From contig NC_068988.1 of the NCBI RefSeq assembly GCF_001194135.2, positions 17,747,006-17,811,005 of the forward strand: a DNA stretch of 64,000 bases, given 5' to 3'. A model generated the notes under the pieces. That model saw nothing but the letters and a program-made list of their open reading frames with translations, did no database searches and was not told the DNA's origin. The stretch comes from Octopus bimaculoides (Eukaryota). This document shows positions 63,959 to 64,000 of the stretch, piece by piece. Position 1 is the stretch's first letter, and each line of letters opens with the position of its first letter. Position numbers and translations under genes: made by a program.

Positions 63959-64000
<42 letters not shown>

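Overview
AT-rich, microsatellite-saturated eukaryotic genomic DNA from a gapped draft assembly. N-runs lie at 1224-1233, 6130-6174, 9960-10335, 14796-15299, 20965-20974, 41495-41770, 44596-44695, 46039-46570, 51707-52297 and 59784-59793. The repeat families look like those of a coleoid cephalopod (octopus); this is inference, not a database result. I cannot support any intact protein-coding gene, rRNA, genuine tRNA or CRISPR array, and nearly all ORFs in the track come from (TA)n/(TG)n/(CATA)n repeats, N-gaps or SINEs. The window reads as intergenic or deep-intronic DNA built from decayed mobile elements. These include two mariner remnants; R4/Dong-like, Hero-like, CR1/L2-like and RTE-like LINE 3' remnants; several Penelope-like (GIY-YIG) remnants; a hAT-like MITE; and about 30 copies of at least four tRNA-derived SINE families. 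The most unusual signal is a set of roughly 8-11 type I hammerhead-ribozyme-like motifs from several unrelated sequence families. Only one has an intact catalytic core (31445-31490), and it sits inside an element with a tRNA-like Pol III head, so it may be a SINE carrying a Penelope-type hammerhead. Also notable are a candidate recursive splice site (AG|GTAAGT at 61788-61796) and several long foldback structures. All structures and remnant translations were read by eye, and repeat boundaries are approximate.
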